Source: Paraphysomonas bandaiensis
Lineage: Eukaryota > Protista > Chrysophyceae
Length of the DNA stretch: 64,000 bases
Direction: 5' to 3'
Assembly: GCA_965644295.1 (NCBI GenBank)
Contig: CBFFRP010000288.1
Location: forward strand, 310,001-374,000
In this document: piece by piece, positions 38,521 to 52,018 of the stretch
How positions within the stretch are numbered: position 1 is the stretch's first letter
Layout of the letters: the number at the start of each line of letters is the position of its first letter
Notes under the pieces: model-generated
The model's database searches: none
What the model saw: the letters and a program-made list of their open reading frames with translations, nothing else
Told to the model about the DNA's origin: nothing
Position numbers and translations under genes: made by a program

Positions 38521-39145
38521 TCGCTCGAGTGTAGTTGTGTCCAGCACACCGATGAATAGATGAATAGTAGGAGTGGTCGGTGCTAGCTTTGAACCGCCAC
38601 GCCGATACACGTTTTGATGATATTTTCAAATTTATATGAGCGATATACATGTAGCCTCACATTGATCAGTACGGAAAAGGAGTTGTGGCTTACTTGAACA
38701 ACTCGCTCATACGTTGATCATTCAGGTATTTCGTCTCCCATATAGAAGTTCTCCGGTGTAGGCAAAACGTGAGGTGCATTGAGTCTAAATAAATGGGTTT
38801 TATTTTTTCCTCTGTTGGTCGTATGGGAGCAGAGTCCCATGAAAAGCAATGGATAGAATACACTTACTTTTACTTCGATCTGCATGTTGAATATCAAATC
38901 TGTATAATCTACTTATGTTTGCTTAGTTTACAGTAGTACTCCACACTGAAACCACATACACTAATATACCCATATTAACAATAAGTCTAGTATACACTTA
39001 TATTTACATTCTCGTAGTTTTCACAATTGCTACCACATATATGTAAACAGTACACACAAAATGTGAAAACGACATTTCACTGTACCATTATTCGTGCGCT
39101 TGTACATTCACGATAGAGAAGTATCAAGCACATCCCACAAAAACT

Positions 39146-40285
39146 TTAGTCACAGCTGTTCATTGGACATATAAAAGGTACGAGTTTTACCTTTTCACGT
39201 GGGCTTACACTACGGAGGTGTTTTCTTGCAATATTATAAGCTGTACTCCCCGAAAATCCGATGGCATTGTCAAATCTACGTGTTCTATGTACGTATATAT
39301 GATATGTTTTGTAGTTATCAAAACCATTATTTGAATCAATGATATCCACTATGCGAGCAGATACCCATTGTCCTGCATGCCGTCCATTCAGGATTACGAC
39401 CTCAACAGGATTTCCCACTACAAACGAAATATCTAGCAGATCAACGGACGCCACAGAACTATAAGATTGCAGCTTCTGTTCATTTACCATGTAACAACCA
39501 TCAAGTAAAACACGCATAAATGGCTGCGATCTTTCAAGAGCTTCATGCAGTGTATCTAACGGACCCTCGAGCTGCCTGCAGCGTCGAGCGTCCAGATGAT
39601 GTAACTGCGGTAGTTCTGTCAGTAGTATCCCCATTTCTCTGTCCGACAGAGAAGGCATGTCACTCACCACAACACGGCATATATGAACATATCTCTGGTG
39701 GGTTGTGTAGGGATCACAAAAGCCTTTTATAAACCGTAGAAGCTGGTGGAATATAGTGGGGCTCGTTTTCTCGTGACGAAGATCTACATTAGCACACAGG
39801 CACCCGTGCTTCGGTATGCTGCGGTGAAATGTGCATCGTGCTTTGGAATGTAATATCCCACTGATTTGAGAGTATATCGGATATCGCCTGTGCAATGATG
39901 AAAAAATGTCACTCAGGTGCATAATTTGGCCAGGAGAGTGATGATAGCTCTGAAAGTGTTGTCTTGGAACAATAATTGAAATAGATTTTAGCCGATTCAT
40001 CTGACAAGACCATGTTAGCCTTGAATTCGACAGTGTATGAAGAGCTGATAAAGGAAGGGACATTGACTCCGTTATTGAAGCAACCACCTGCGCCCACTCT
40101 TTGCATACAGTGTTTAATATATTGCGGCTGCTCAGTCATATTACACATCAAGATAGTAAAGTTATAGTGACCCACCTCAATGACTTTCCAGCATGTCGAA
40201 GACTCTGTGGGTCGCACACATATTCAAAAATTTCAATAATTAAAGCGTATTCTAATACTCTGGTGAGAAGTCCGCTATGAGTCAT
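39146..40285 (-). CDS. F-box protein with LRR-like repeats and a C-terminal Tudor/Agenet-like domain (2 exons)
   Basis: Exon 40285-40176 spliced to 40127 gives LEYALIIEIFEYV...LNTVCKEWAQV (F-box), in frame with ORF 39146-40087. LPQLHHLDARRCRQL is LRR-like; VGNPVEV...GQWVSARIVDI...TYHIYV...NIARKHLR is Tudor-like. Confidence 0.65.
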
Positions 40286-42401
40286 ACCTAACTTATAAAG
40301 GCTTATATGAAAGACATAGACGTGATGTAGTAATAGATATATGTCCTTGAGTGAGTTAATGTGGAAGTGTAAGTAAGCCTGGATAGTTATATAATATACT
40401 TATGAGGATCTGTTGTATTGTGTGCATTGATCAATTGATATCCATGATAGTGTTATCCTGTTGATCTCATATCTAGATATGGATATGTGCAGAGTGTGTA
40501 TCTCCTGCCTATAAACTGCTTTACTACGATATCATATGGAATATGTTAGAAAGAGTATATGAATATCGGGGATATTTAGTTTTTTATGCAAAGTATGTGG
40601 AATATTTCAACACCAGTGCAGAGTTTTATCATACCCCAATATCGAAAATCCAGGAGAAGATCACAAAAAAGATCCCTATACAATATCACGGCAAGTGGAC
40701 ATGATACGTATAGCCACGTTAGTATATCTCCACACATAAGTTTCAAGTGAGTGATTTGGTCAATTGTTTTGAAACAAATTACTAGTCCTGTATACTCTGA
40801 TATCAATACGCTGTCATTGGTATTAAACGAACTGCGAGTATCTGATCCCATGACTTATATCTATATCTGTGAACTCCCTCAGCGACGTTCTCAAGAAATA
40901 CAACAACCAGAAAGTCTTTCTCAGTTATCCACTTGCGTGACGTGTTTTTCGAAATATTGAACCCTTTCCTTTTAATATTTTCTGTTGGGATCTTTCGAAC
41001 GTATTTTGAAGTGTAAATGTACATTGGATTATAATAGAGTGCATCCGATTCATGTTATCAGAATCATTGGATAGATTGGGAATTAAATCACTCTTTCAGA
41101 CTGGGCATTCAATGAACAGTAGCAAACTATAACAGTACTATATAGTGGGGCGACAATTTTAGTCTTGTTGTCCATTGTTCATTGGCAGACAGAAATAAAG
41201 AGTGCCTTTTGAAGTGTGAGGTAAACACGTGCCTACTCAACACTGATGATGAGATAAGAAAAGAAGTATTGGTGAAAAGTGGCGATGGTGAAGCTCTGAA
41301 GCGTCTTAGTGAAGTTAACGATGCATATGTTATGAAGGTTTTGATTGGCTTAGTATCTGTGAGTAAGCTTCTGTTTGTGGCCACTCCGAATGAATAGGAC
41401 TTCCCAGGCATGGAAGTAAGAGGATAAATGGTTTCATCAAGCATGTCTATACTTTTTTAAGTTGTTGAGTATCAAACCTAGTCATATGGTCGAAGTTTTT
41501 ACGGCGCTTAGGGATGTTAATGTAGCACTAAAGATATAATGTGATGGAATATAAGTTGAAAGCATGACGGATATATTATATATAATATTCTCATTTACTA
41601 TGACTATTTCCCCTGTCAGTAATAATGTAGGCAGGAATAATCGCACAAGTGACTACCCATTCTTTAATAGTTTTTTGCACATGATTTGTGCGGTCTCTTT
41701 CAGAGGCGAAGTCAAGGGCCTTTTGTGAGGCTATAAGTAATAGCTATTTAAAGAGTATCACGTGACAATATTACCGATCATAGGTGCAACATTGGCAAGA
41801 TACAAGGTTCTGCAATATATTTCAAGAAATTGTAAGCTATCTTCCGAACAACTAGTTCCAATCGGTCGAAAGCAATACATATTGCACGTTATCAATTATC
41901 AATGTATTGATCGATAGTATTCAATATTCATTACTAAATATTGTTTCCTAGCTTTGGCTCCAACACCAAAACAGAATGTTGGCTGCATGCAATATTTCCG
42001 GGATAAACAAGCAAACACTCCCGTACAGTAGGCCATGGGAGTTTTCTTTTGGCTCAGTCCTCAGCTAAATATGAGTCTTTCTTATTCGGACAAGCTATAC
42101 CCTACAATTTAGAATAACAAGAAAAGGTATTTCTTACTACGCTTATAAATGAAAACATGCGTACTATATACTATAGTGTTTATGTGCTTATATTATCCAC
42201 TGTCGCATGATTATCCGTGTGACTATCTCTAAGGACGTTATCAAAACATCAAAACTATTTGAAACATATGAGACCGTCGTGAAGTCGTATACAAGAGTAA
42301 TATTGCACCACACTACAGCATGGAGTTGAGGGATAAGGCATGTTATTTGTTAGACATAGTAGAGGTAAACTATTTTCGCTTCACACTCACTACTCTGACT
42401 A

Positions 42402-43205
42402 CTAATGCGCCATTTTATATTTCGATGGTAGCGTGAATGAACTATTATATCCCATCTCAGAGTACATTGGTCCAGTTATAGGCATATGGTCCCACATAAG
42501 CTTTAATGTTACCTCTTTTCCTCTGAAGGGCAGTCAGTGACACATCCGATGGAATAATATGTTCTTACCTGAGTTCCGATCCCTGATCAATCAATGGGTA
42601 CTTTACGCTTTCATTGATTCGCTTCAACTTTAATCCCTTCTTATTCCTTATAATAGTGTCCCATATAACCACTTGATTGAGAGCCTACCTCTTATGAGCA
42701 ACATACAGTACGGTGACAGTAATACACTTACATTAGCTTCTGATGGGTACTCCGCAATAATATATACAAATAGTATGTGGCTATTCCAATGCCATACAGG
42801 ATTTAAGTCTACGACAGAAAGAATGTCACCAACGACACTTGACATATAACAACCCTAACCTGCATTGAGATCAAAGCTAAAAAGAGCACTATCGGTTCCA
42901 CCAAGCTTTTTCCTGTGGCAATCATAACAACCGCATACCGAAAGATCATTTACTTACAAAGATCGGATATTATTGAGTCGTAAAGTCTTGACAGCAGCTT
43001 GACCATCATGAAAATACGTGCTATAATATATTGTAATAAAGTATTGTTATAACCACCGGAATGAATCTTACCTCATACAGCACATAGCCGCCAATCCCAA
43101 TAGAACAGAGAGGGCAAAGAACGTCACCGCATTTAACCTCACCTATAATACAGTTATATATACATACATGTTTAGTGATAAAATACTTACCCATATATTT
43201 TGCAT
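42402..43205 (-). CDS. SPCS3: Signal peptidase complex subunit 3 (SPC22/23), ~7 exons
   Basis: Manual splicing: MQNIW|VRLNAVTFFALSVLLGLAAMCCMS|TYFH...|...FSFDLNA|DLNPVWHWNSHILFVYIIAEY...|LNQVVIWDTII...KYPLIDQGSELR|GKEVTLKLMWDHMPITG...FTLPSKY. Confidence 0.92.
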
Positions 43206-43654
43206 GTTTACGGTGTAATTTACAAGGGATGAAACTAATTGTAAAGTTAGTTATGATATGAACTACATGAACCTCATCATCTCCAATGCCACCTACACAT
43301 ACTACTCGTAGACTCCTGCTGCAGCTGGTCATGGCATGCATACATCTGTACATGTACCTATACAGCAGAGCAGCACACAGCAGTACTCATATAAATATAT
43401 GAAAATCCTTATTTTTCACTTTTTGTAATCCCGATTTCTAGTAAAAATTCCTCTTTTTTACTCGAAAAGGTGACCACACGGAGAAATGGATACTCTACAC
43501 AGCTGCTGGCTGGAGGTCTTCTATTTAAAGATGAGAGAGAGGAGTTTAAGAGACACAGAATCACTCTACTAAACTATTCTTTTGTTTCTAGCATTATATG
43601 AAGTTTATAATGTATAAATTATAATCAAATTACATTATTGATAGTTTTAACTCT

Positions 43655-45211
43655 ATGGAATATTCAAAGAAAATTTTGAATTTGAGTCCACCTACATATC
43701 AGAGCATACCTCAAGAAGGGATTGAGAGTGTGCATCCTGAAGGTCAGAATGACGATGCTTATGATATAAGTGAAGCAAGTGGGTTTAGTGAGAGGCTTTG
43801 GACTCTAGTGAAATGCTCATTTCCAGTAGTGTCTGCTTATATTTTAAGTGTATCGGGAAACTGTATTATTTTATATTTTGCAGGCTATGTATCTAGGAAA
43901 AACTCTGATAGCTCTTTATTTGCAGGCGTTTCACTTGCAATGACGTTTGCCAATGTAACACTAATGTCAATACTTGATGGTCTGTCCAGTGCAGTGGAAA
44001 CTTTAAGTGCACAGCATAACGGTGCTAGAAATTATAGAAATGTTGGACTTATTCTTAATCGATCAGTCATAGTTTTGACGCTCTTATCGACTTTTATTTT
44101 GTTGTGCTGGTATATATCTGGATCTTTTTTCCGCCATATTGGCGTTGAAAATAACATTGTAGAAGTGTCCACCCGCTTCTTAGCTCTGCGTGCTCTTTCT
44201 GTACCGGCGGACATTATTAATTTATCGTACGAAAAGTATTTGCTATCTATGGGACTGATGCAACCAACACTATACGCGTGCTTGACCTATAATTTAATTT
44301 TGTGTATTCTTGAGTACCTCTTTGTTCACACCTGGGAGTGGGGTTTGAACGGAATAATTTATGCGTTCATACTAAGTTCCTACATAGAGAGCATTGTGCT
44401 TGTTTTGGCCAGTTTTCAACACCCATTTGTTCAACGTACCATACACTTTCCTACTACTGAATCATTCTCCGGGTTAGGTGAATTTTTAGCTTTTGGATTC
44501 CCTGGTTGCGTCATGCTTTGTGCAGAGTGGTGGGCCTACGAGATACTAATAATGTTCGCAAGTGTGCTCGGCGGCGATGCGGTTACTGTCCAGACCATTG
44601 TTTTACAAGTCCTCATCATATCGTTCATGTTTCCACTCGGGATTGGGATAGCCGCGAGCTCTTTAGTCGGAAATGCTCTTGGTGCTGGAAAAGTTCAACT
44701 TGCATCAGAATTAGCCAGACTATCCTTGGGATTCGTATTCACACTCAGTATGGTCATTGCTCCAGTCATCTTGTTTGTTGGCCCTTATTTCATGGAACTT
44801 TTTACTGCTGACAAGAAAGTGAAGGAACTCTGTAATCAGCTGCTGTTTTTGTTGGCCTACTCGGCGTCCATGGACTGTATGCAGGGTGTATCATCCGGAA
44901 TTCTCCGTGGCGCTGGAAAGCAAAATATAGGAGCCTTCACGAATTTGGTTGCTTTTTATATTATTGGTGTACCTGGAGCGTGGTTGTTATGCTTTCATTT
45001 TAATCATGGGGTAGCTGGCCTGATGTACGGAATTGTAATGGGGTCCACTATGCAGGCGTTAGTGTTATTATATTTTATACTGTGTAAAGCTTCATATGTG
45101 TTCACTGAAATAGAGGATATAAGAGCGGGGAGAAGTAGGAAGCCTTCATCACCTCTTATTAATCCACATGGGGCAGCTATTATGAATCACATTTTACTTT
45201 CTGGAGTGTAG
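43655..45211 (+). CDS. MATE family (SLC47-like) transporter
   Basis: GLSSAVETLSAQHNGA, GFPGCVMLCAEWWAYE, VGNALGAG, SGILRGAGKQ and ~12 TM segments. Confidence 0.95.
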   Translation: MEYSKKILNLSPPTYQSIPQEGIESVHPEGQNDDAYDISEASGFSERLWTLVKCSFPVVSAYILSVSGNCIILYFAGYVSRKNSDSSLFAGVSLAMTFANVTLMSILDGLSSAVETLSAQHNGARNYRNVGLILNRSVIVLTLLSTFILLCWYISGSFFRHIGVENNIVEVSTRFLALRALSVPADIINLSYEKYLLSMGLMQPTLYACLTYNLILCILEYLFVHTWEWGLNGIIYAFILSSYIESIVLVLASFQHPFVQRTIHFPTTESFSGLGEFLAFGFPGCVMLCAEWWAYEILIMFASVLGGDAVTVQTIVLQVLIISFMFPLGIGIAASSLVGNALGAGKVQLASELARLSLGFVFTLSMVIAPVILFVGPYFMELFTADKKVKELCNQLLFLLAYSASMDCMQGVSSGILRGAGKQNIGAFTNLVAFYIIGVPGAWLLCFHFNHGVAGLMYGIVMGSTMQALVLLYFILCKASYVFTEIEDIRAGRSRKPSSPLINPHGAAIMNHILLSGV

Positions 45212-45933
45212 TAATTAATTCTTGAATTTTTCTTTCTTCCTCGATGGAATAGGCGTTTGAATATAATAGTCACCAAGTCAGATGTTTTGGAAGCTATGAA
45301 TGGATGAGTGTTCCTTTCCGAGTCTGTGAATAGAAGCTGTAGGAGTCTGTCCACTCCACAGCCATTTCAACATCAATACATACTTCACACTATATAGAAT
45401 TCGTTTGGACTCGACGATACTAGCTTACTGTTTACCGACAAAAGAATCAGAAGTCTAACCATACGTTTTGAGAATGCAAGTACAACGCAGTATGCACTGG
45501 TTAGAAACCCCTCTATTGCAAGGAATTAGTAGGTGTCAGAACCAAATATTTAGTTGTTCTAGTATTTGCAGTAATGTACACACACAAACTATGTAATCTA
45601 GCAAAGAGCCAACTTAGTCTTCACAAGAAATATGCTGGCTTTGCGTAACCATTTTCGTACAAAGACGTGAATGCTACTGGTACTATATGATATTTAACAA
45701 ACATCACACGTCACCGGTTTATCATCGCTATACCAAAATTGGGGCAATGAAATCATGAACATAGTCTTAGAAATATTGATCGAATGGTAACTATAAACAC
45801 AAACACGTAGAGTGATTTTCTTCCAAATGGTTATTTTAATTAACTCACGTATGCAACTCTTCATCTTCAAGACATGCTTGGTCAAAACGTACTGCAATTT
45901 TACGCATGACAACACACAGCATTCTCCGCACGA

Positions 45934-46368
45934 TCAATTTCCATTGATAGTTCTCAAGACGTACTTGGTCGAAAGTATACGATAATACGTTTCCTTCAAT
46001 GGTGCGGGTACTTCAGTCTCCTCGCTTGTGATATGTTCATTGATTCTTGACAAAGTATTATCACCATCAAATCCATCAAGACCAGTTTCTTCGAATCTCT
46101 CACGCAGCTCGACAATATCCCGACGAAGCTCACTGCGGTCATAGAAATGCTTCCTGTTAATAAGATGTCTCCTGAGTTCACGAAACGATTCGAACGAATG
46201 GGAACATGTCGCACATTTATGAATTGTTCTCATCAATGATCTGATTCTTGTATTGGATAATTCAATACCTACTTCCTCTATGAAGTATTCCCGGATAGCC
46301 AATACATCATCTTGAATATCCAGGCCCTCAAATATAGCAGCTAGATTATTATCTTCGTTTTGAGCCAT
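45934..46368 (-). CDS. Small single C2H2 zinc-finger protein
   Basis: CATCSHSFESFRELRRHLINRKH in a 144-aa ATG ORF. Confidence 0.65.
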   Translation of the reverse strand: MAQNEDNNLAAIFEGLDIQDDVLAIREYFIEEVGIELSNTRIRSLMRTIHKCATCSHSFESFRELRRHLINRKHFYDRSELRRDIVELRERFEETGLDGFDGDNTLSRINEHITSEETEVPAPLKETYYRILSTKYVLRTINGN

Positions 46369-46627
46369 GCTGTTTGCAAACCTTTCAATGAGCTTATAGT
46401 AAATAAACTAGAGATTGTAATATTGTATCAAGTGGTCAACCTGAAATAGTGTTTAATGCCACTCGTCATTCAATTCAGGCTCCAGATTTCGGGAGGAAAC
46501 GTTGTCCTTTTTAGGGACAAGATATACCCTACCATAGTATACTGCTGTATACGTATTGTATCATACAGGAATACAGTGTATCATGATGTAGGGTTTGGAC
46601 TGAAGGGTTTGTTTAGCTGCTAAGTTT

Positions 46628-47047
46628 ATGAGCCTGGATGTTCAAGATGATGTACAGGCTATCCAGGCATACTTCAGAGAGGAAGAAGGTATTGAATTAT
46701 CCAATACAAGAATCAGATTATTGTTGACAACAATTCATAAGTGTGCGACATGTTCCCATTCGATCGAATCTGTTCGTGAACTCAGGAGACATCTTATTAA
46801 CAGGAAGCAGCATTTCTATAAACTCAGTGAGCTTCGTCGGGATATTGTCGAGCTGCGTGAGAGATTCGAAGAAACTGGTCTTGATGGATTTAATGGTGAT
46901 AACACTTTGTCAAGAATCAATGAACATATCACAAGCGAGGAGACTGAAGTACCCACACCATTGAAGGAAACGTATTATCGTATACTTTCGACCACGTACG
47001 TCTTGAAAACTTCAATGGAAATTGATCGAGCGGAGAATGCTGTGTGA
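46628..47047 (+). CDS. Inverted, 5'-truncated paralogue of the C2H2 gene (possibly a pseudogene)
   Basis: Highly similar protein lacking ~14 N-terminal residues, with a 1-codon insertion and a frameshifted C-terminus. Confidence 0.5.
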   Translation: MSLDVQDDVQAIQAYFREEEGIELSNTRIRLLLTTIHKCATCSHSIESVRELRRHLINRKQHFYKLSELRRDIVELRERFEETGLDGFNGDNTLSRINEHITSEETEVPTPLKETYYRILSTTYVLKTSMEIDRAENAV

Positions 47048-47124
47048 TGTCATGCGTAAAATTGCAGTACGTTTTGACCAAGCATGTCTTGAAGATGAAG
47101 AGTGCATACGTGAGTTAATTAAAA

Positions 47125-47668
47125 TTGCCCCATTCCGAGGGCGTGGCCATAGTGTAGGCAGGCTGGCGTACCACCTAAAACACCGAGATATAGCACTGAT
47201 TCTACTACCCACCCACCCGTGTACCAACGTAGCTGACCACATAGATCACGTGCAGATTCTGTTGCCCCCTACCACCTAGTTTAACCTTTGTTGTGATTAT
47301 GAGATTACGCGGGATTATTCATAACAATGCATGACTTTTATATATGTAATTCGCGCAGATTCTAGTAGGACCATGTGTACCTTCCCATTATTATCTAGCA
47401 AAGATTACGCGGGACTTCTTGTGACCATGCATGACTCAGTATAGGTCTAGTGTGACATTGGCCGCCCCCCCACCCCTCCCCTAGAATGCGCGGGTTTTCT
47501 CGTAGTCTCATGTCTCATATAGGCTATGCAAGTATAGTGTAGATCTAGCTAGAGTTTTCTTGGTGCCGACACACAAAGAATACACTGAGATTTTTATTAA
47601 GAATCTATACGTTACTTAGCTTAGTCAGCACTAGCACTTCACTAGGGTACGCTCTCAGAATGGGGCAA
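47125..47668. mobile_element. MITE, long form of the CCCCATTCCGAG family (left-truncated copy at 49591-50084)
   Basis: TIR TTGCCCCATTCCGAGGGCGT / ACGCTCTCAGAATGGGGCAA; internal GATTACGCGGG repeats. Confidence 0.85.
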
Positions 47669-48381
47669 CATCTACTTGTGCGGCAACGGCCACATCCACC
47701 ATCTGCATGTCGCGCCGCTGTTGCATTTACCTCTACGTCGTCAGGTAGAAGATCCGACTTGTGCTGGTTTCGTTGTTGTGGTGCTATGATGCATACGAAG
47801 ACGGATTCACAAATGCCTATTGCTAATAAACAATAAACTAACATTACACACATCTTATATTAAAATCAATCCTAAAATGTGTATTACGCACCTGATGAGA
47901 GTAAGAGCCTCGTAGATATGAAGAGCATCACATTATTTAATACTTTCTTCTCTTTTTTCGAACTTGACCCAGCCATATCAATATACAATTAACAAAAAGA
48001 CTGTAGCTAAAACCAGGTTTTATATGAACTTACTGACGAATAACGATATGTATGTATAGAATTAAAACTAAAGATAAATAAGTTTTAGAAAGTGACTGTC
48101 TATATAAGTGCAAATTAGTAATTGGTAATGACGACAGCAATTAATATTGTCTGAATATATCATATTATATTATTCTGATGACTGCTTACTATTAATTATA
48201 ATCGTAGTAATTAGGATATCAAATCTTGATAAACCCTAACCCTATCATATCATTATTAAAAAATCTACTCTTCCATAAATCCAAACCGAATGCTGCCAAC
48301 AATAATATTCCAAGCAAAAAATCAATAAGTGACTTACAATTATTGATGCTGTCATTTGCGAATAACCGACATACTATTGGC

Positions 48382-49154
48382 TTATGGTAGTTTACGTAAT
48401 ATCTCCTCCATATTACGTTGCATATCATTACGCATGCCCTCTAGGTTACGTTCCAACTCGGCCACGCTCTGCTGCAACGCTCCTATGTCATCTTGCATGC
48501 GTTGTATCTGAGGTCAACATGAGCTTGTATTATAGCAAAGAATGTTATGACAATAATATGGCAAATACCGTAGGAAGAGGAGCAATAGCATTGGATCCTA
48601 TCATATAATCAGGTCCTATACTACATTGGTGTGCTACTTTTGTGAAAATGAGTGCTATCAACTCATCTGACGCGTGTGGACATGAATTACGAATATCTGA
48701 AAGTATCATGATATAATAACAACAAAATATGTTGATCCCACATACTCATTCGTACTGCACCCTTTATGGTATCTGACAGATCAGTGAATCTGGAGGTGTC
48801 TGATACTATGATATGAGTTCTCTGTGTGTTTATCATGTGGTGCAACGCATTGACATCCGTATGCGATAAATCTGATAACACTGCATTCGCAAACTCATTT
48901 GCCACTTGTTGTCGATCTCTATCGTTAGGCCTATCCTCTGCTCTACGTCTACGTCCAGCCATTCTCCTCCTCTTCAGGTGTGGGTTGTGTGTATTGTGAC
49001 TATGACTGGTAACATATACATATCTCTGTCCACGGGTCGAGTCATACGACATACATGTGGATACTTCACATTGACCCTTTAAGATACCAGGTTGACCTGA
49101 AGTCAAATCAATGACCTCCATAGCAACACGCTTCATCGTATTGAGAGACTGCAT
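48382..49154 (-). CDS. Putative spliced gene of unknown function with a C-terminal coiled coil (second copy 50791-51686)
   Basis: Open segments MQSLNTMKRVAMEVIDLT.., ..DRQQVANEFANAVLSDL.., MQDDIGALQQSVAELERNLE.. separated by plausible introns. The 24-bp and 33-bp indels between copies keep the frame. Exon structure not resolved. Confidence 0.35.
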
Positions 49155-49206
49155 GGAGAAGAAGTATGCTTCCGTCCAAGCCCACACCAACGGACACTCT
49201 GAGTAC

Positions 49207-49397
49207 GTATGTATGTATGTATGTATGTATGTATGTATGTATGTATGTATGTATGTATGTATGTATGTATGTATGTATGTATGTATGTATGTATGTATGT
49301 ACATGTATGTATGTATGTATGTATGTATGTATGTATGTATGTATGTATGTATGTATGTATGTATGTATGTACATGTATGTATGTATGTAAGTACATG

Positions 49398-49428
<31 letters not shown>

Positions 49429-49545
49429 GTACATGTATGTATCTATAGGTACGTATGTATGTATGTACGTATGTATGTATGTATGTATGTATGTACGTAT
49501 GTATGTATGTATGTATGTATGTACAGTATGTATGTATGTATGTAC
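49207..49545. repeat. (TATG)n microsatellite
   Basis: Directly visible. Confidence 0.98.
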
Positions 49546-50821
49546 GGTGGGACGTATACAATGAGTTGTTTTTGTGAATGAGATATAGCACTAAAACACC
49601 GAGATATAGCACTGATTCCACTACCCACCCACCCGTGTACCAACGTAGCTGACCACATAGATCACGTGCAGATTCTGTTGCCCCCTACCACCTAGTTTAA
49701 CCTTTGCTGTGATTATGAGATTACGCGGGATTATTCATAACTATGCATGACTTTTATATATGTAATTCGCGCAGATTCTAGTAGGACCATGTGTACCTTC
49801 CCATTATTATCTAGCAAAGATTACGCGGGACTTCTTGTGACCATGCATGACTCAGTATAGGTCTAGTGTGACATTGGCCGCCCCCCCACCCCTCCCCTAG
49901 AATGCGCGGGTTTTCTCGTAGTCTCATGTCTCATATAGGCTATGCAAGTATAGTGTAGATCTAGCTAGAGTTTTCTTGGTGCCGACACACAAAGAATACA
50001 CTGAGATTTTTATTAAGAATCTATACGTTACTTAGCTTAGTCAGCACTAGCACTTCACTAGGGTACGCTCTCAGAATGGGGCAACATCTACTTGTGCGGC
50101 AACGGCCACATCCACCATCTGCATGTCGCGCCGCTGTTGCATTTACCTCTACGTCGTCAGGTAGAAGATCCGACTTGTGATGGTTTCGTTGTTGTGGTGC
50201 TATGATGCATACGAAGACGGATTCACAAATGCCTATTGCTAATAAACTAACATTACACACATCTTATATTAAAATCAATCCTAAAATGTGTATTACGCAC
50301 CTGATGAGAGTAAGAGCCTCGTAGATATGAAGAGCATCACATTATTTAATACTTTCTTCTCTTTTTTCGAACTTGACCCAGCCATATCAATATACAATTA
50401 ACAAAAAGACTGTAGCTAAAACCAGGTTTTATATGAACTTACTGACGAATAACGATATGTATGTATAGAATTAAAACTAAAGATAAATAAGTTTTAGAAA
50501 GTGACTGTCTATATAAGTGCAAATTAGTAATTGGTAATGATGACAGCAATTAATATTGTCTGAATATATCATATTATATTATTCTGATGACTGCTTACTT
50601 TTAATTATAATCGTAGTAATTAGGATATCAAATCTTGATAAACCCTAACCCTATCATATCATTATTAAAAAATCTACTCTTCCATAAATCCAAACCGAAT
50701 GCTGCCAACAATAATATTCCAAGCAAAAAATCAATAAGTGACTTACAATTATTGATGCTGTCATTTGCGAATAACCGACATACTATTGGCTTATGGTAGT
50801 TTACGTAATATCTCCTCCATA

Positions 50822-50960
50822 TTACGTTGCATATCATTACGCATGTCCTCTAGGTTACGTTGCATATCATTACGCATGTCCTCTAGGTTACGTTGCATAT
50901 CATTACGCATGTCCTCTAGGTTACGTTGCATATCATTACGCATGCCCTCTAGGTTACGTT
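50822..50960. repeat. 33-bp VNTR, 4 copies (1 copy in the paralogous position ~48413)
   Basis: TTACGTTGCATATCATTACGCATGTCCTCTAGG repeated; reads MRNDMQRNLED on the minus strand. Confidence 0.95.
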
Positions 50961-51738
50961 CCAACTCGGCCACGCTCTGCTGCAACGCTCCTATGTCATC
51001 TTGCATGCGTTGTATCTGAGGTCAACATGAGCTTGTATTATAGCAAAGAATGTTATGACAATAATATGGCAAATACCGTAGGAAGAGGAGCAATAGCATT
51101 GGATCCTATCATATAATCAGGTCCTATACTACATTGGTGTGCTACTTTTGTGAAAATGAGTGCTATCAACTCATCTGACGCGTGTGGACATGAATTACGA
51201 ATATCTGAAAGTATCATGATATAATAACAACAAAATATGTTGATCCCACATACTCATTCGTACTGCACCCTTTATGGTATCTGACAGATCAGTGAATCTG
51301 GAGGTGTCTGATACTATGATATGAGTTCTCTGTGTGTTTATCATGTGGTGCAACGCATTGACATCCGTATGCAATAAATCTGATAACACTGCATTCGCAA
51401 ACTCATTTGCCACTTGTTGTCGATCTCTATCGTTAGGCCTATCCTCTGCTCTATCGGCAGGCCTTTCCTTTGCTCTACGTCTACGTCCAGCCATTCTCCT
51501 CCTCTTCAGGTGTGGGTTGTGTGTATTGTGACTATGACTGGTAACATATACATATCTCTGTCCACGGGTCGAGTCATACGACATACATGTGGATACTTCA
51601 CATTGACCCTTTAAGATACCAGGTTGACCTGAAGTCAAATCAATGACCTCCATAGCAACACGCTTCATCGTATTGAGAGACTGCATGGAGAAGAAGTATG
51701 CTTCCGTCCAAGCCCACACCAACGGACACTCTGAGTAC

Positions 51739-52018
51739 GTATGTATGTATGTATGTATGTATGTATGTATGTATGTATGTATGTATGTACATGTATGTAT
51801 GTACGTATGTATGTATGTATGTATGTAAGTACATGTATGTATGTATCTATAGGTACGTATGTATGTATGTATGTATGTATGTATGTATGTATGTATGTAT
51901 GTATGTATGTACAGTATGTATGTATGTATGTATGTATGTATGTACAGTATGTATGTATGTATGTATGTATGTATGTATGTATGTATGTATGTATGTATGT
52001 ATGTATGTATGTATGTAC
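51739..52018. repeat. (TATG)n microsatellite
   Basis: Directly visible. Confidence 0.98.

Larger units (their letters stand above)
45833..47125. repeat. Inverted duplication: ~495-bp arms (45833-46329, 46629-47125) with a ~300-bp spacer
   Basis: Direct reverse-complement comparison; similarity extends ~80-100 nt past the stop codons. Confidence 0.92.

Noticed and set aside
40576-41444. Short ORFs on both strands
   Set aside because: No recognisable motif and no consistent splice model.
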